Source: Eubacteriales bacterium
Lineage (GTDB): Bacteria; Bacillota; Clostridia; Oscillospirales; CAG-272
Reading direction: 5' to 3'
Assembly: GCA_045586345.1 (NCBI GenBank)
Contig: JAZNAD010000047.1
Location: 1 to 53,396 of the forward strand
DNA length: 53,396 bases
Shown here: in pieces, positions 1 to 8,623 of the stretch
Numbering within the stretch: the stretch's first letter is position 1
Layout: every line of letters begins with the position of its first letter
Program-made: the position numbers and the translations under genes
The notes under the pieces: model-generated
The model's database searches: none
Seen by the model: only the letters and a program-made list of their open reading frames with translations
What the model was told of the DNA's origin: nothing

Positions 1-1093
1 CGGCGGCGCCGGCAACGACCACGTGCTCGGCGATATCCTCGGGGATCTCGATCGGGAAGCCCTTCCCGTAGGACGAGGGATAACCGCCCGAGGCCATGAT
101 CACGCAGGCGGCCGCGCCCTCCGAGAAGACGACGGGCGTATCGGCGAGGGTGCCGTTCGTCGTGGCCTGCATCACGGTCAGAAGATCGCTCTTGAGCAGG
201 GGGAGCACGACCTGGGTCTCGGGATCGCCGAAGCGGCAGTTGTACTCAATGACGCGCGGCCCCTTCGGGGTGAGCATCAGGCCGAAGTAGAGGCAGCCCG
301 TGAAGGGGCGACCCTCGGCGGCCATCGCGCGGACCGTCGGGAGGAAGATGGTCTCCATACACTGGGCGGCGATCGCCTCGGTGTAGTAGGGGTTCGGGGC
401 CACGGTGCCCATACCCCCGGTGTTCAGGCCGGTATCGCCGTCGCCGGCACGCTTATGGTCCATTGAGGAGACCATCGGAACGAGGGTCGTACCGTCGGTG
501 AACGCGAGCACCGAGACCTCGGGCCCCGTGAGGAATTCTTCAATCACGATGCGGTCGCCGCTCTTACCGAAGACGTGCTCCTCCATCATCTCGCGGACGG
601 CAGCCTCGGCGGCCTCGCGAGTCTCGGCAATGATGACGCCCTTCCCGAGGGCGAGTCCGTCCGCCTTAATGACGGTGGGGATCGGGGCGGTCTTGAGATA
701 GGCGAGGGCATCGGCGGCGCTCTCAAAGACCTCGTAGGAGGCGGTCGGGATGCCGTACTTCTTCATCAGGTTCTTCGAGAAGACCTTGCTCCCCTCAATG
801 ATCGCGGCGTTAGCACGCGGACCGAAGGCCGGGATGCCGACCTCGGCGAGGGCATCGACACAGCCGAGCACCAGAGGATCGTCGGGCGCGACAACGGCGT
901 AGTCGATGCCGGCCCCCTTGGCAAAGTCAACGATGGCGGGGATATCCTTGGCGCCGATGTCAACGCAGGTGGCATCGCGCGCAATGCCGCCGTTGCCGGG
1001 GAGAGCGTAGATCTCCTCGACCGCGGGGTTTTCCTTCAGCTTTTTAATGATGGCGTGCTCACGGCCGCCACCGCCAACGACAAGCAGCTTCAT
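1..1093 (-). CDS. purD: phosphoribosylamine--glycine ligase (GAR synthetase); C-terminal end runs off the window
   Basis: Own minus-strand translation from the ATG at 1093 reads MKLLVVGGGGREHAIIKKLKENPAVEEIYALPGNGGIA..., an ATP-grasp PurD pattern. It is absent from the ORF track because there is no stop inside the window. It is the last gene of the pur operon. Confidence 0.9.
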   Translation of the reverse strand, partial: MKLLVVGGGGREHAIIKKLKENPAVEEIYALPGNGGIARDATCVDIGAKDIPAIVDFAKGAGIDYAVVAPDDPLVLGCVDALAEVGIPAFGPRANAAIIEGSKVFSKNLMKKYGIPTASYEVFESAADALAYLKTAPIPTVIKADGLALGKGVIIAETREAAEAAVREMMEEHVFGKSGDRIVIEEFLTGPEVSVLAFTDGTTLVPMVSSMDHKRAGDGDTGLNTGGMGTVAPNPYYTEAIAAQCMETIFLPTVRAMAAEGRPFTGCLYFGLMLTPKGPRVIEYNCRFGDPETQVVLPLLKSDLLTVMQATTNGTLADTPVVFSEGAAACVIMASGGYPSSYGKGFPIEIPEDIAEHVVVAGAA

Positions 1094-1103
1094 CGGGCAC
1101 CTC

Positions 1104-2288
1104 TTAGTGGTGGAACAGGCGCATCCCGGTGAAGGCCATGGTCATGCCGTAGCGGTTGCAGGTGTCGATGACAAGGTCGTCACGGATCGAGCCGCCGGGC
1201 TCGGCAATGTAGCGGACACCGCTCTTCTTGGCTCTTTCGATGTTGTCGCTGAAGGGGAAGAAGGCATCCGAGCCGAGGGCGACACCGTCAATGGTATCGA
1301 GGTAGGCGCGCTGCTCCTCTCTCGTGAAGGGAGCGGGCTGGGTGGTGAAATACTTCTGCCAGTTGCCGTCGGCCGTGACATCCTCCTCGTTCTGGTTGAT
1401 GTAGCCGTCGATGACGTTATCGCGGTCGGGGCGGCCGAGGGTCGGGAGGAATGGCAGGTTCAGCACCTTCTCGTGCTGGCGGAGGAACCAGGTGTCGGCC
1501 TTGCCGCCGGCAAGACGGGTGCAGTGCACGCGCGACTGCTGACCGGCGCCGACGCCGATGGCCTGACCGTCAACGGCGTAGCAGACCGAGTTCGACTGGG
1601 TGTACTTCAGGGTGATGAGGGCGATGATGAGATCGCGGACGGCGCTCTCGGGCATGTCCTTCTTCTCGGTGACGACGTTCTTGAGAAGCTCCCCGTCGAT
1701 CTTGAAGTTGTTGCGCCCCTGGCGGAAGGTGATGCCAAAGACCTGCTTCTCCTCGATCTCGGCGGGAACGTAATCGGGGTCGATGGCGACGATATTGTAG
1801 TTGCCGTTCCTCTTGGTCTTCAGGATCTCCAGCGCCTCGGGCTCATAGCCGGGGGCGATAATACCGTCCGACACCTCGCGCTTGATGAGCTTCGCCGTCG
1901 TGACATCGCAAACGTCGGAGAGGGCGACCCAGTCACCGAAGGAGCACATGCGGTCGGTGCCGCGGGCACGGGCGTACGCGCAGGCGAGGGGCGACTCGTC
2001 AAGGCCCTCGATGTCATCGACGAAGCAGGCGCGCTTCAGGGTATCGGAAAGCGGAATGCCGACGGCGGCCGAGGTGGGGCTGACGTGCTTGAAGGAGGTG
2101 ACGGCAGGGAGGCCGAGCGCCGCCTTCAGCTCCTTGACCAGCTGCCAGGCGTTGAGGGCATCGAGGAAGTTGATGTAGCCGGGGCGCCCCGAGAGGATCT
2201 CAAGGGGAAGCTCGCCGCCACCCTGCATATAGATCTTGGCGGGCTTCTGGTTCGGGTTGTTGCCGTATTTCAGTTCAAATTCTTTCAT
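1104..2288 (-). CDS. purH: AICAR formyltransferase (stand-alone AICARFT domain, no fused cyclohydrolase)
   Basis: 394-aa ORF MKEFELKYGNNPNQKPAKIY...GGSIRDDLVIDTCNRYGMTMAFTGMRLFHH matches the short bacterial PurH family. It sits in pur operon context. Confidence 0.88.
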   Translation of the reverse strand: MKEFELKYGNNPNQKPAKIYMQGGGELPLEILSGRPGYINFLDALNAWQLVKELKAALGLPAVTSFKHVSPTSAAVGIPLSDTLKRACFVDDIEGLDESPLACAYARARGTDRMCSFGDWVALSDVCDVTTAKLIKREVSDGIIAPGYEPEALEILKTKRNGNYNIVAIDPDYVPAEIEEKQVFGITFRQGRNNFKIDGELLKNVVTEKKDMPESAVRDLIIALITLKYTQSNSVCYAVDGQAIGVGAGQQSRVHCTRLAGGKADTWFLRQHEKVLNLPFLPTLGRPDRDNVIDGYINQNEEDVTADGNWQKYFTTQPAPFTREEQRAYLDTIDGVALGSDAFFPFSDNIERAKKSGVRYIAEPGGSIRDDLVIDTCNRYGMTMAFTGMRLFHH

Positions 2289-2297
2289 GATGCGTCC

Positions 2298-3020
2298 TCA
2301 CTTTTCGTTTTTATTAATAATGCGCTCGGTAACGCTCCCGTCGGCAAGCGACGTGTAGCGGACGTAGAGCGAGATCTTGTTGTCCTCATTAAGGGCATCC
2401 CAGAGCGAAGCGGTAAAGGCGTCGATATCATCGGCCGTTGCCACTCTCTCGGGCTCTCCCTGGAAGGTGGGGATCGGGTTGCCGTCGGTCACGTAGGTGT
2501 GTAGAAAGTGACCGAGACCATTGATGGCGGGATACTCGAAGGTGTAACGCGCGCAGGCGCTCCCCTCGGCATCAGCGCTCTTGAGAATGGACATGTCGTA
2601 GGTAAAGTCATCTTTACCAAAGGTGATCATGCCGCTGATACGGGGGGTGAAGTTCGGCGCGTCGGGCTCGAACTCGCGGGTGCGGAGAGCCTCTGCGAAG
2701 GTCTTACCGCCGCGGATGCCCTCGTAGACGGTATCGGTCTGGTCGCCGTTCGTCACGATCAGCTTATCCGAGATCTCGCGGACGGCGGCGTAGATGATGA
2801 GCGAGGGATCCTCAACGAGGGAGGCATCGTACGGCTCGGTGAAAAGGGCATTGTCGCGCTTTGTAAACACGCGGTTGCGGCTGTTCTTCGAGCGGCCCAT
2901 GATGAAGTAGGCCGAGACGGCCTTCTTGCCGTCGGGGGTCTTGCCGAGGACGATGCCGCGGCCGACGTAGGGATTGTCACGGATCAGCTCCGCCATATCG
3001 TTGATCTTGTAGATGTTCAT
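2298..3020 (-). CDS. purO: IMP cyclohydrolase, PurO-like (archaeal type)
   Basis: 240-aa ORF with NPYVGRGIVLGKTPDGKKAVSAYFIMGRSKNSRNRVF, typical of the IMP_cyclohyd family. It lies directly upstream of the AICARFT gene. Confidence 0.78.
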   Translation of the reverse strand: MNIYKINDMAELIRDNPYVGRGIVLGKTPDGKKAVSAYFIMGRSKNSRNRVFTKRDNALFTEPYDASLVEDPSLIIYAAVREISDKLIVTNGDQTDTVYEGIRGGKTFAEALRTREFEPDAPNFTPRISGMITFGKDDFTYDMSILKSADAEGSACARYTFEYPAINGLGHFLHTYVTDGNPIPTFQGEPERVATADDIDAFTASLWDALNEDNKISLYVRYTSLADGSVTERIINKNEK

Positions 3021-3036
3021 AGCACTCTCCCAAAAA

Positions 3037-3642
3037 TTATTCGTTGATGATCGCCTTTGCCATCAGCTCGGCGGCGGCGGGCAGGAGCTTCCACTCTGCC
3101 TCCTCCATCACACGCCGCTGGAGGATCTCGGGGGTATCGCCGTCCCGGATCTCGACCGCCCTTTGCAGGAGGATGCGGCCACCGTCCGGGATTTCGTTCA
3201 CGAGGTGGACGGTCGCCCCCGTCACGCGCACGCCATAGGCGAGCGCCGCCTCATGCACGCGCAGGCCGTAGAAGCCGGCGCCGCAGAAGGAGGGGATGAG
3301 CGAGGGATGGACATTGATGATGCGGTCGGGATAGGCCGCGATCACGCGCGGACCTAAGATCGAAAGGAAGCCTGCGAGGATGACGAGGTCGGCCCCGGCC
3401 TCGGAGAGGGCCGAGAGGATCCCGTCCTCAAATTTCTCGACCGAGTCGAGGGCGCGGCGGTCGACGACCGCCGCAGGGATGCCGGCCGCAGCCGCGCGCT
3501 CAAGCGCGAAGACGCCGGGCTTTGAGGAAAGCACGAGGACGATCTCTCCACTCGGGATTGCGCCTGCCCTCTCGGCGTCGATCAGCGCCTGCAGGTTGGT
3601 GCCGCCCCCCGACACGAGGACGGCGATGCGTGCTTTCTTCAT
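3037..3642 (-). CDS. purN: phosphoribosylglycinamide formyltransferase
   Basis: 201-aa ORF MKKARIAVLVSGGGTNLQALID...NVHPSLIPSFCGAGFYG, the GART signature. Its ATG overlaps the stop of the upstream gene (ATGA). Confidence 0.92.
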   Translation of the reverse strand: MKKARIAVLVSGGGTNLQALIDAERAGAIPSGEIVLVLSSKPGVFALERAAAAGIPAAVVDRRALDSVEKFEDGILSALSEAGADLVILAGFLSILGPRVIAAYPDRIINVHPSLIPSFCGAGFYGLRVHEAALAYGVRVTGATVHLVNEIPDGGRILLQRAVEIRDGDTPEILQRRVMEEAEWKLLPAAAELMAKAIINE

Positions 3643-4331
3643 CTCACGGCCTCCTCCGCGGCTTCCTCCGCGAGCTCCTCCGCAATTTCTTCCTCGACCT
3701 CCGCTGCAATTTCCTTCTCCCGTCCGATCATCGAAAGGAGGGGAAGCAGCATCCCGCCGATGGCGTTACCGCCGATGACGAGGACGAGGAAGGCGAAGGC
3801 ATCGAGGTTGAGCTCACCCGCCGCCGCGACATAGAACATATCGGCGACCGAGTGCTCAAACCCGGCAAGGATAAAGGTCGGAACGCAGAAGAGGATACCG
3901 ACGACGGTATTCTTCTCGCGATAGATCGAAACAGCAAGGTACATCAGGATCCCGCAGAGCACGGCGCGCAGAAGCACCGAGTACCAGGGCATCGCCAGCT
4001 TCGAGCCGACGGCCACGGCCGCCACGGTCGAAAGTGCGGTGCTGCTGCCGACGGCGGGCATTAAGTAACAGACGGCGGTGCCGACAGCAAAGGTGGCAAC
4101 GGCATTGCCGAGAAGCGTCATGCCGAGACCCTCGAGCTCCCCGAGCGAAAAGCGCTCTGGGAAATAGCCGACACGGCCGGTGAATAGGCCGTAGCCCTTG
4201 TAGCAGATCGAGAGCAGGGCGACCGAGAAGAAGACGGCCCCCACAACGCGGTTGTCGCAGGCGAGATACACGCTCCCACCGATCGAGATCATAATGCCGG
4301 CCGATACGGCGGCGATGAATTGCCTCAGCAT
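3639..4331 (-). CDS. formate/nitrite transporter (FNT) family membrane protein, short form with acidic C-terminal tail
   Basis: 230-aa hydrophobic ORF carrying the FNT signature LAGFEHSVADMFYV. It is embedded in the pur operon and overlaps purM by 7 nt and purN by 4 nt. Confidence 0.75.
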   Translation of the reverse strand: MLRQFIAAVSAGIMISIGGSVYLACDNRVVGAVFFSVALLSICYKGYGLFTGRVGYFPERFSLGELEGLGMTLLGNAVATFAVGTAVCYLMPAVGSSTALSTVAAVAVGSKLAMPWYSVLLRAVLCGILMYLAVSIYREKNTVVGILFCVPTFILAGFEHSVADMFYVAAAGELNLDAFAFLVLVIGGNAIGGMLLPLLSMIGREKEIAAEVEEEIAEELAEEAAEEAVR

Positions 4332-5374
4332 ATCTCGATCTTCGAGTCGCCCTTGACGATCTCGCCGATGACGTAGGCGTCCTCGCCGTTCTCGCGGAGG
4401 ACGGCAAGCGCGGTATCGACATCTTCCTTGGCAACAACGATGCTCATACCGACGCCCATATTGTAGGTGTTGAACATATCGCGCTCCGAGATGCCGCCGG
4501 TCTTCTGCAGAAGATCGAAGATCGGGAGGATCCTGACGGCGCTCTTCTCGATCTTAGCGCAAAGGCCGTCAGGGATCGAGCGCGGGATGTTCTCGTAGAA
4601 GCCGCCGCCCGTGATGTGCGAGATGCCCTTGATGTCGACCCTTTCAAGGAGTGCGAGGACGGGCTTTACGTAGATGCGGGTCGGGGTGAGAAGCGTTTCG
4701 GCGATGCTCTTGCCGCCGAGCTCAGAACGGGGATCGTACAGCTCCTTCGGGTTATTGTCAATATCGAAGACCTTACGGCAGAGCGAGAAGCCGTTCGAGT
4801 GGATGCCGGTCGACGGCAGGGCGATCACCACGTCGCCGGCCGCCATGCGTTCGTTCTTCAGGATCTTTTTCTTATCGACGATACCGACGGCAAAGCCGGC
4901 AAGGTCGTAGTCCTCGGTGGGCATCAGCCCGGGGTGCTCAGCCGTTTCACCGCCGATGAGGGCGGCTCCCGACTGCACGCAGCCCTCGGCAACGCCGCTG
5001 ACGATCGAGGCGATCTTCTCGGGGACGTTCTTGCCGCAGGCGATGTAATCGAGGAAGAAGAGGGGGCGGGCGCCAACGCAGATGATATCGTTGACGCACA
5101 TCGCGACGGCATCAATGCCGATCGTATCGTGCTTGTCCATCAGGATCGCGAGCTTCACCTTGGTGCCGCAGCCGTCGGTGCCCGAGACGAGGACGGGCTC
5201 CTCCATCCCGGCGATCGGCAGGCCGAAGCAGCCGCCGAAGCCGCCGACGTCGTCAAGGCAGCCTTCGTTTCTCGTGCGGGCGATATGCTTTTTCATCAGC
5301 TCTACGGCGCGGTAGCCGGCGGTGATGTCAACACCGGCCGCGGCGTAGCTCTCGGATCTCGAATTTTCGATCAT
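4325..5374 (-). CDS. purM: phosphoribosylformylglycinamidine cyclo-ligase (AIR synthetase)
   Basis: The ORF track gives 4325..5401. The preferred start is MIENSRSESYAAAGVD at 5374, just downstream of the purF stop. DVGGFGG and GTDGCGTK motifs are present. Confidence 0.92.
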   Translation of the reverse strand: MIENSRSESYAAAGVDITAGYRAVELMKKHIARTRNEGCLDDVGGFGGCFGLPIAGMEEPVLVSGTDGCGTKVKLAILMDKHDTIGIDAVAMCVNDIICVGARPLFFLDYIACGKNVPEKIASIVSGVAEGCVQSGAALIGGETAEHPGLMPTEDYDLAGFAVGIVDKKKILKNERMAAGDVVIALPSTGIHSNGFSLCRKVFDIDNNPKELYDPRSELGGKSIAETLLTPTRIYVKPVLALLERVDIKGISHITGGGFYENIPRSIPDGLCAKIEKSAVRILPIFDLLQKTGGISERDMFNTYNMGVGMSIVVAKEDVDTALAVLRENGEDAYVIGEIVKGDSKIEIC

Positions 5375-5379
5375 TTTAA

Positions 5380-6804
5380 TTATTCCTTTCCGTTCCAGCA
5401 ATAGGTGCAGAGCTTACAGGCGGGAAGGCCGATGGCCTCGATCACGCCCTCCAGCGACTGAAATTCCAGCGAAGCAAAGTGGAGCTTTTCGGCAATGGCA
5501 TGACGGAGAGCGCGACCTCTCTCGGTCGTGCCGTCACTGTATTCCTCAAGGTGGTTATCCCCCTCCTCGCCCTCAAGCTCGCGGATCACGCGACGGGCAA
5601 AGAGCTCCATATCGCTCCTGGCGGGCGAGAAGTTGAGGTACTTACAGCCGTACATAATGGGGGGGCAGGCCGAGCGCATATGCACGCTCGCGGCGCCGTT
5701 GTCGTAGAGAAAATCCACGGTCTCCTTCAGCTGCGTGCCGCGCACGATCGAGTCGTCGACAAAGAGCAGGTTCTTGTCCTCGATCAGCTCGTGGACCGGG
5801 ATCTGCTTCATCTTGGCGATGCGGCTGCGGTCGACCTGGCTCGGCGGCGTAAAGCTGCGCGGCCAGGTGGGGGTGTATTTGATGAAGGGGCGCGCAAAGG
5901 GAACTCCGCTCTCGTTCGCGTAGCCGATGGCGTGGGGGGTACCCGAATCGGGAACGCCGCCGACGTAGTCGATGCCGTCGCAGGTGCCGCTGTCCTTGTC
6001 GTTCCTCGCCATGATGCGGCCGTTACGGTAACGCATGGCCTCGACGTTCACGCCCTCATAGCAGGAGGTCGGATAGCCGTAATAGGAGAAAAGGAAGGAG
6101 CAAAGGCGCATCTCGGTGCCGGGCTCGCGGAGGCGCTCAACGCCCTCGGGCGTCAGGCGCACGATCTCGCCGGGACCAAGCTCGCGCTCGGCCTCATAGC
6201 CGAGCTTCTGGTACGCGAAGGACTCGAAGGTGACGCAATAGCCCTCGTCCTTCTTGCCAATAAGAACCGGCAGGCGGCCGTAGCGGTCACGCGCAGCAAG
6301 AAGCGAGCCGTCCTCACAGAGGATGAGGATCGAAAGCGCGCCCTCAATGACCTCCTGCACGAAACCGATGCCCTCGCAGAAGTCGTTCTTCGTATCAATG
6401 AGCGCGGCAACGAGCTCAGTATTGTTAACGCCGCCGCCCGTCATCGCGTCGAAATGGCGGCCGCCCGCCGAGAGATACTCGGTGATCAGGGCGTCGGCAT
6501 TGGTGATACCGCCGACGGTGCAGATCGCGTAGCAGCCGAGATGCGAGCGGATGAGCAGGGGCTGCGGGTCCTTATCGCTGATGCAGCCGATGGCGGCCAC
6601 GCCGCGCATCTCCTCAAACACGTTCTGGAACTTGGTGCGGAAGGGGGCATTCTCAATGTTGTGGATCGAGCGCTGAAGGCCGATCTCTTTGTCGTAGGCG
6701 GCAAGCCCTGCGCGGCGGGTGCCGAGGTGCGAATGGTAGTCAACGCCGAAAAAGACGTCAGAAAGACAGTCGCACCCGAGGGTCGCTCCGAAAAATCCTC
6801 CCAT
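5380..6804 (-). CDS. purF: amidophosphoribosyltransferase-like protein lacking the N-terminal nucleophile Cys
   Basis: 474-aa ORF with the PRTase motif LLFVDDSIVRGTQ and C-terminal Cys residues. The N-terminus is MGGFFGA instead of (M)CG[IV]xG. The in-frame TAA of purC lies 9 nt upstream, so there is no alternative start. Confidence 0.85.
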   Translation of the reverse strand: MGGFFGATLGCDCLSDVFFGVDYHSHLGTRRAGLAAYDKEIGLQRSIHNIENAPFRTKFQNVFEEMRGVAAIGCISDKDPQPLLIRSHLGCYAICTVGGITNADALITEYLSAGGRHFDAMTGGGVNNTELVAALIDTKNDFCEGIGFVQEVIEGALSILILCEDGSLLAARDRYGRLPVLIGKKDEGYCVTFESFAYQKLGYEAERELGPGEIVRLTPEGVERLREPGTEMRLCSFLFSYYGYPTSCYEGVNVEAMRYRNGRIMARNDKDSGTCDGIDYVGGVPDSGTPHAIGYANESGVPFARPFIKYTPTWPRSFTPPSQVDRSRIAKMKQIPVHELIEDKNLLFVDDSIVRGTQLKETVDFLYDNGAASVHMRSACPPIMYGCKYLNFSPARSDMELFARRVIRELEGEEGDNHLEEYSDGTTERGRALRHAIAEKLHFASLEFQSLEGVIEAIGLPACKLCTYCWNGKE

Positions 6805-6813
6805 AAGCCTTCC

Positions 6814-7494
6814 TTACGCGAAGAAGAGCTCGGAGAGGGTCATGGGATCAATGTACTCGCCGTTCTTGTAGACGCGCATATTGCCCGAGGCGATCTCGTC
6901 GATCAGCATGACGTTGCCGTCCTTATCGTAGCCGAACTCGAACTTAATATCGTAGAGCACAAGGCCCTTTTCAAGGAGATCGTCGGCCACGATGCGGGTG
7001 ATCTTCTGGGTCATCAGCTTCATATCCTCGTACTGCGCGTCGGACATTACGCCGAGAGCAATGAGATCCTCCTTGGTGACCAGCGGATCGCCCTTCTCGT
7101 CATTCTTGAAGGTCATTTCGACGTAATCGGGAAGATCGGCGCCCTCCTCGATGTAGTCGCTATAACGGCGGTAGAAGCTACCGACGGCCTTATGACGGCA
7201 GATGACCTCAAGACCCTTACCGAAGACACGGGCGGGGAGCACCTCCATCGTGGTGCTCGCGAGGTCGGCGTTCACGTAGTGAGTAAGAATGCCGGCGGCA
7301 TTGACCTTCTCAAAGAAGTAGATCGACATACGGAGGTTGACGTCACCGACACCGTCGATGGTAAGACCGACCGAGTTCTCGCCGGGATCGAAGACACCGT
7401 CCTTGCCGGTGCAGTCGTCCTTGAACTTCAGGAGGTAGTTACCGTTGTCGAGTGCGAATACGTCCTTGGTCTTGCCTTTGTAAACGAGTTTCAT
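6814..7494 (-). CDS. purC: SAICAR synthetase
   Basis: Start trimmed to [27 protein letters not shown] (residue 68 of the 293-aa track ORF). The longer N-terminus is a P/R-rich artefact. Confidence 0.92.
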   Translation of the reverse strand: MKLVYKGKTKDVFALDNGNYLLKFKDDCTGKDGVFDPGENSVGLTIDGVGDVNLRMSIYFFEKVNAAGILTHYVNADLASTTMEVLPARVFGKGLEVICRHKAVGSFYRRYSDYIEEGADLPDYVEMTFKNDEKGDPLVTKEDLIALGVMSDAQYEDMKLMTQKITRIVADDLLEKGLVLYDIKFEFGYDKDGNVMLIDEIASGNMRVYKNGEYIDPMTLSELFFA

Positions 7495-7543
7495 TGTTGC
7501 GATCTCCTTGTATTTTTTAATTTTTATTTTTGATTTTCGGTAA

Positions 7544-8044
7544 TTATTCGGCGGCGGCAAGGCTCTCGCCGAGGGCCTTGTCCTTCTCCAGCACCTTCCG
7601 GGCGTCGGCGGCACGGCGGGCGTCAAGCTTCTCGGCGAGCGCATCGTCACCGACGGCGAGGATCTCGGCGGCGAGAAGCGCCGCGTTGGCGGCACCGCCG
7701 ATCGCTACGGTAGCGACCGGGATGCCCGAGGGCATCTGGACGGTGGAAAGGAGGGCGTCGAGGCCGTCAAGCGTTGACGACTTGCAGGGGATGCCGATGA
7801 CGGGGAGGGTGGACTGGGCAGCGACAGCACCCGCAAGATGTGCGGCCATCCCGGCGGCGGCGATCAGAACGCCGAAGCCGTTCGCCCTCGCGTTCTTTGA
7901 AAATTCGGCCGCCTCCCGCGGTGTGCGGTGCGCCGAATAGACGTGCGCTTCAAACGGAATGCCCAGCTCACGGAGCGTGGCAAAGGCCTTTTCGACAACG
8001 GGAAGATCACTGTCGCTCCCCATCAGGATCCCAACTTTTTTCAT
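7544..8044 (-). CDS. purE: N5-CAIR mutase / AIR carboxylase catalytic subunit
   Basis: Start trimmed to [20 protein letters not shown] (residue 40 of the track ORF). RBS GGAGGAGAAAGG lies upstream. It is the first gene of the operon. Confidence 0.92.
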   Translation of the reverse strand: MKKVGILMGSDSDLPVVEKAFATLRELGIPFEAHVYSAHRTPREAAEFSKNARANGFGVLIAAAGMAAHLAGAVAAQSTLPVIGIPCKSSTLDGLDALLSTVQMPSGIPVATVAIGGAANAALLAAEILAVGDDALAEKLDARRAADARKVLEKDKALGESLAAAE

Positions 8045-8063
8045 AGCTTGTCCTTTCTCCTCC

Positions 8064-8110
8064 AAAAAATTAAAAAAGGGCACATTATCCCTTGCGAAAT
8101 AATTGCGCCC
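8064..8110 (-). terminator. intrinsic terminator forming the expression platform of the ZTP riboswitch
   Basis: Minus-strand hairpin GGGCGCAATTAT-ttcgcaaggg-ATAATGTGCCC is followed by TTTTTTAATTTTTT. Its 5' arm overlaps the conserved CUGGGC end of the aptamer. Confidence 0.7.
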
Positions 8111-8180
8111 AGACGGTCGGCCTTCGGTCACCCTGCTCCCCCGCGGTATCTCTCCGCGCATCCGTCAGTTGCAGGGGCCC
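8105..8180 (-). promoter_or_regulatory. ZTP (ZMP/ZTP-sensing, pfl motif) riboswitch aptamer
   Basis: The minus strand reads CCCUGCAACUGACGGAUGCGCGGAGAGAUACCGCGGGGGAGCAGGG-ugaccgaaggccga-CCGUCUGGGCGC. This matches the pfl-motif core ACUGGCG...CGGGGAGC...CCGCCUGGGC. The pseudoknot pair changes in a compensatory way (GACGG/CCGUC versus GGCGG/CCGCC). Confidence 0.8.
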
Positions 8181-8219
8181 GCGCGCAATGTGTACGCGCG
8201 AATTATTTAATACATATGT

Positions 8220-8248
8220 AGTATATCATTCCTCTTGCCGTTTGTCAA
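8220..8248 (-). promoter_or_regulatory. sigma-A type promoter of the pur operon
   Basis: Minus strand: TTGACA, 17 nt, TATACT. Confidence 0.65.
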
Positions 8249-8320
8249 GCAATTTTAAGAAAACGCCCTTGGCGGAATCAACGAAAATTCGACCTTCCCC
8301 TTCTTTCTTTTTGACAGGGC

Positions 8321-8349
8321 TTGACTTTTGCCCCTCGGTGCGCTATAAT
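8321..8349 (+). promoter_or_regulatory. sigma-A type promoter of the abrB-like/ynbB-like operon
   Basis: TTGACT, 17 nt, TATAAT. It is divergent from the pur promoter. Confidence 0.6.
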
Positions 8350-8386
8350 TCATACTTGTATGAAAAATATGACGAAAGGAGTCGCC

Positions 8387-8623
8387 ATGACAAAAGGTAA
8401 GCATCTCCTCGGCCAACGGGGTGGGCGACGCATCTTCGGCACGGTGCGTGTCGGCGAACGCGGACAGATCGTCATACCGAAGGAGGCACGGGAGATCTTC
8501 GGTATTGAGCCGGGAGACACCCTGCTCGTCCTCGGCGACGAGAAGCACGGTCTGTTTGTTTCGAAGCCCGAGGTCATGGATCACGTGGCGGAGCAGCTGT
8601 TCCGCAGAATGGAGGAAGAATGA
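8387..8623 (+). CDS. AbrB/MazE/SpoVT-family DNA-binding protein
   Basis: Start chosen at MTKGKHLL because RBS AAAGGAG lies 6 nt upstream. The SpoVT-AbrB swapped-hairpin motif VRVGERGQIVIPKEAREIFGIEPGDTLLV is present. Confidence 0.8.
   Translation: MTKGKHLLGQRGGRRIFGTVRVGERGQIVIPKEAREIFGIEPGDTLLVLGDEKHGLFVSKPEVMDHVAEQLFRRMEEE

Noticed and set aside
1047-2504. 485-aa plus-strand ORF overlapping purD/purH
   Set aside because: It is antisense to well-supported pur genes. Its G/A/D/V/L-rich low-complexity composition is typical of shadow ORFs in high-GC DNA. It has no RBS.
5479-7533. 684-aa plus-strand ORF across purF and purC
   Set aside because: It is a shadow ORF antisense to two conserved genes with no recognisable motif.
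6814-8161. Longer N-termini for purC (to 7695) and purE (to 8161), and likewise for purM, spoVAC/AD, dnaN, gyrB, parB and the antiporter
   Set aside because: The extensions are P/R/S-rich, overlap upstream genes or regulatory RNA, and lack an RBS. Internal ATGs with GGAGG-type RBSs match conserved family N-termini.
8045-8250. Expected guanine/purine riboswitch or PurR box in the purE leader
   Set aside because: The purine-riboswitch core (UAUA...loop-loop motifs, CCGUAAA-like junction) is absent. The sequence fits the ZTP/pfl motif instead.
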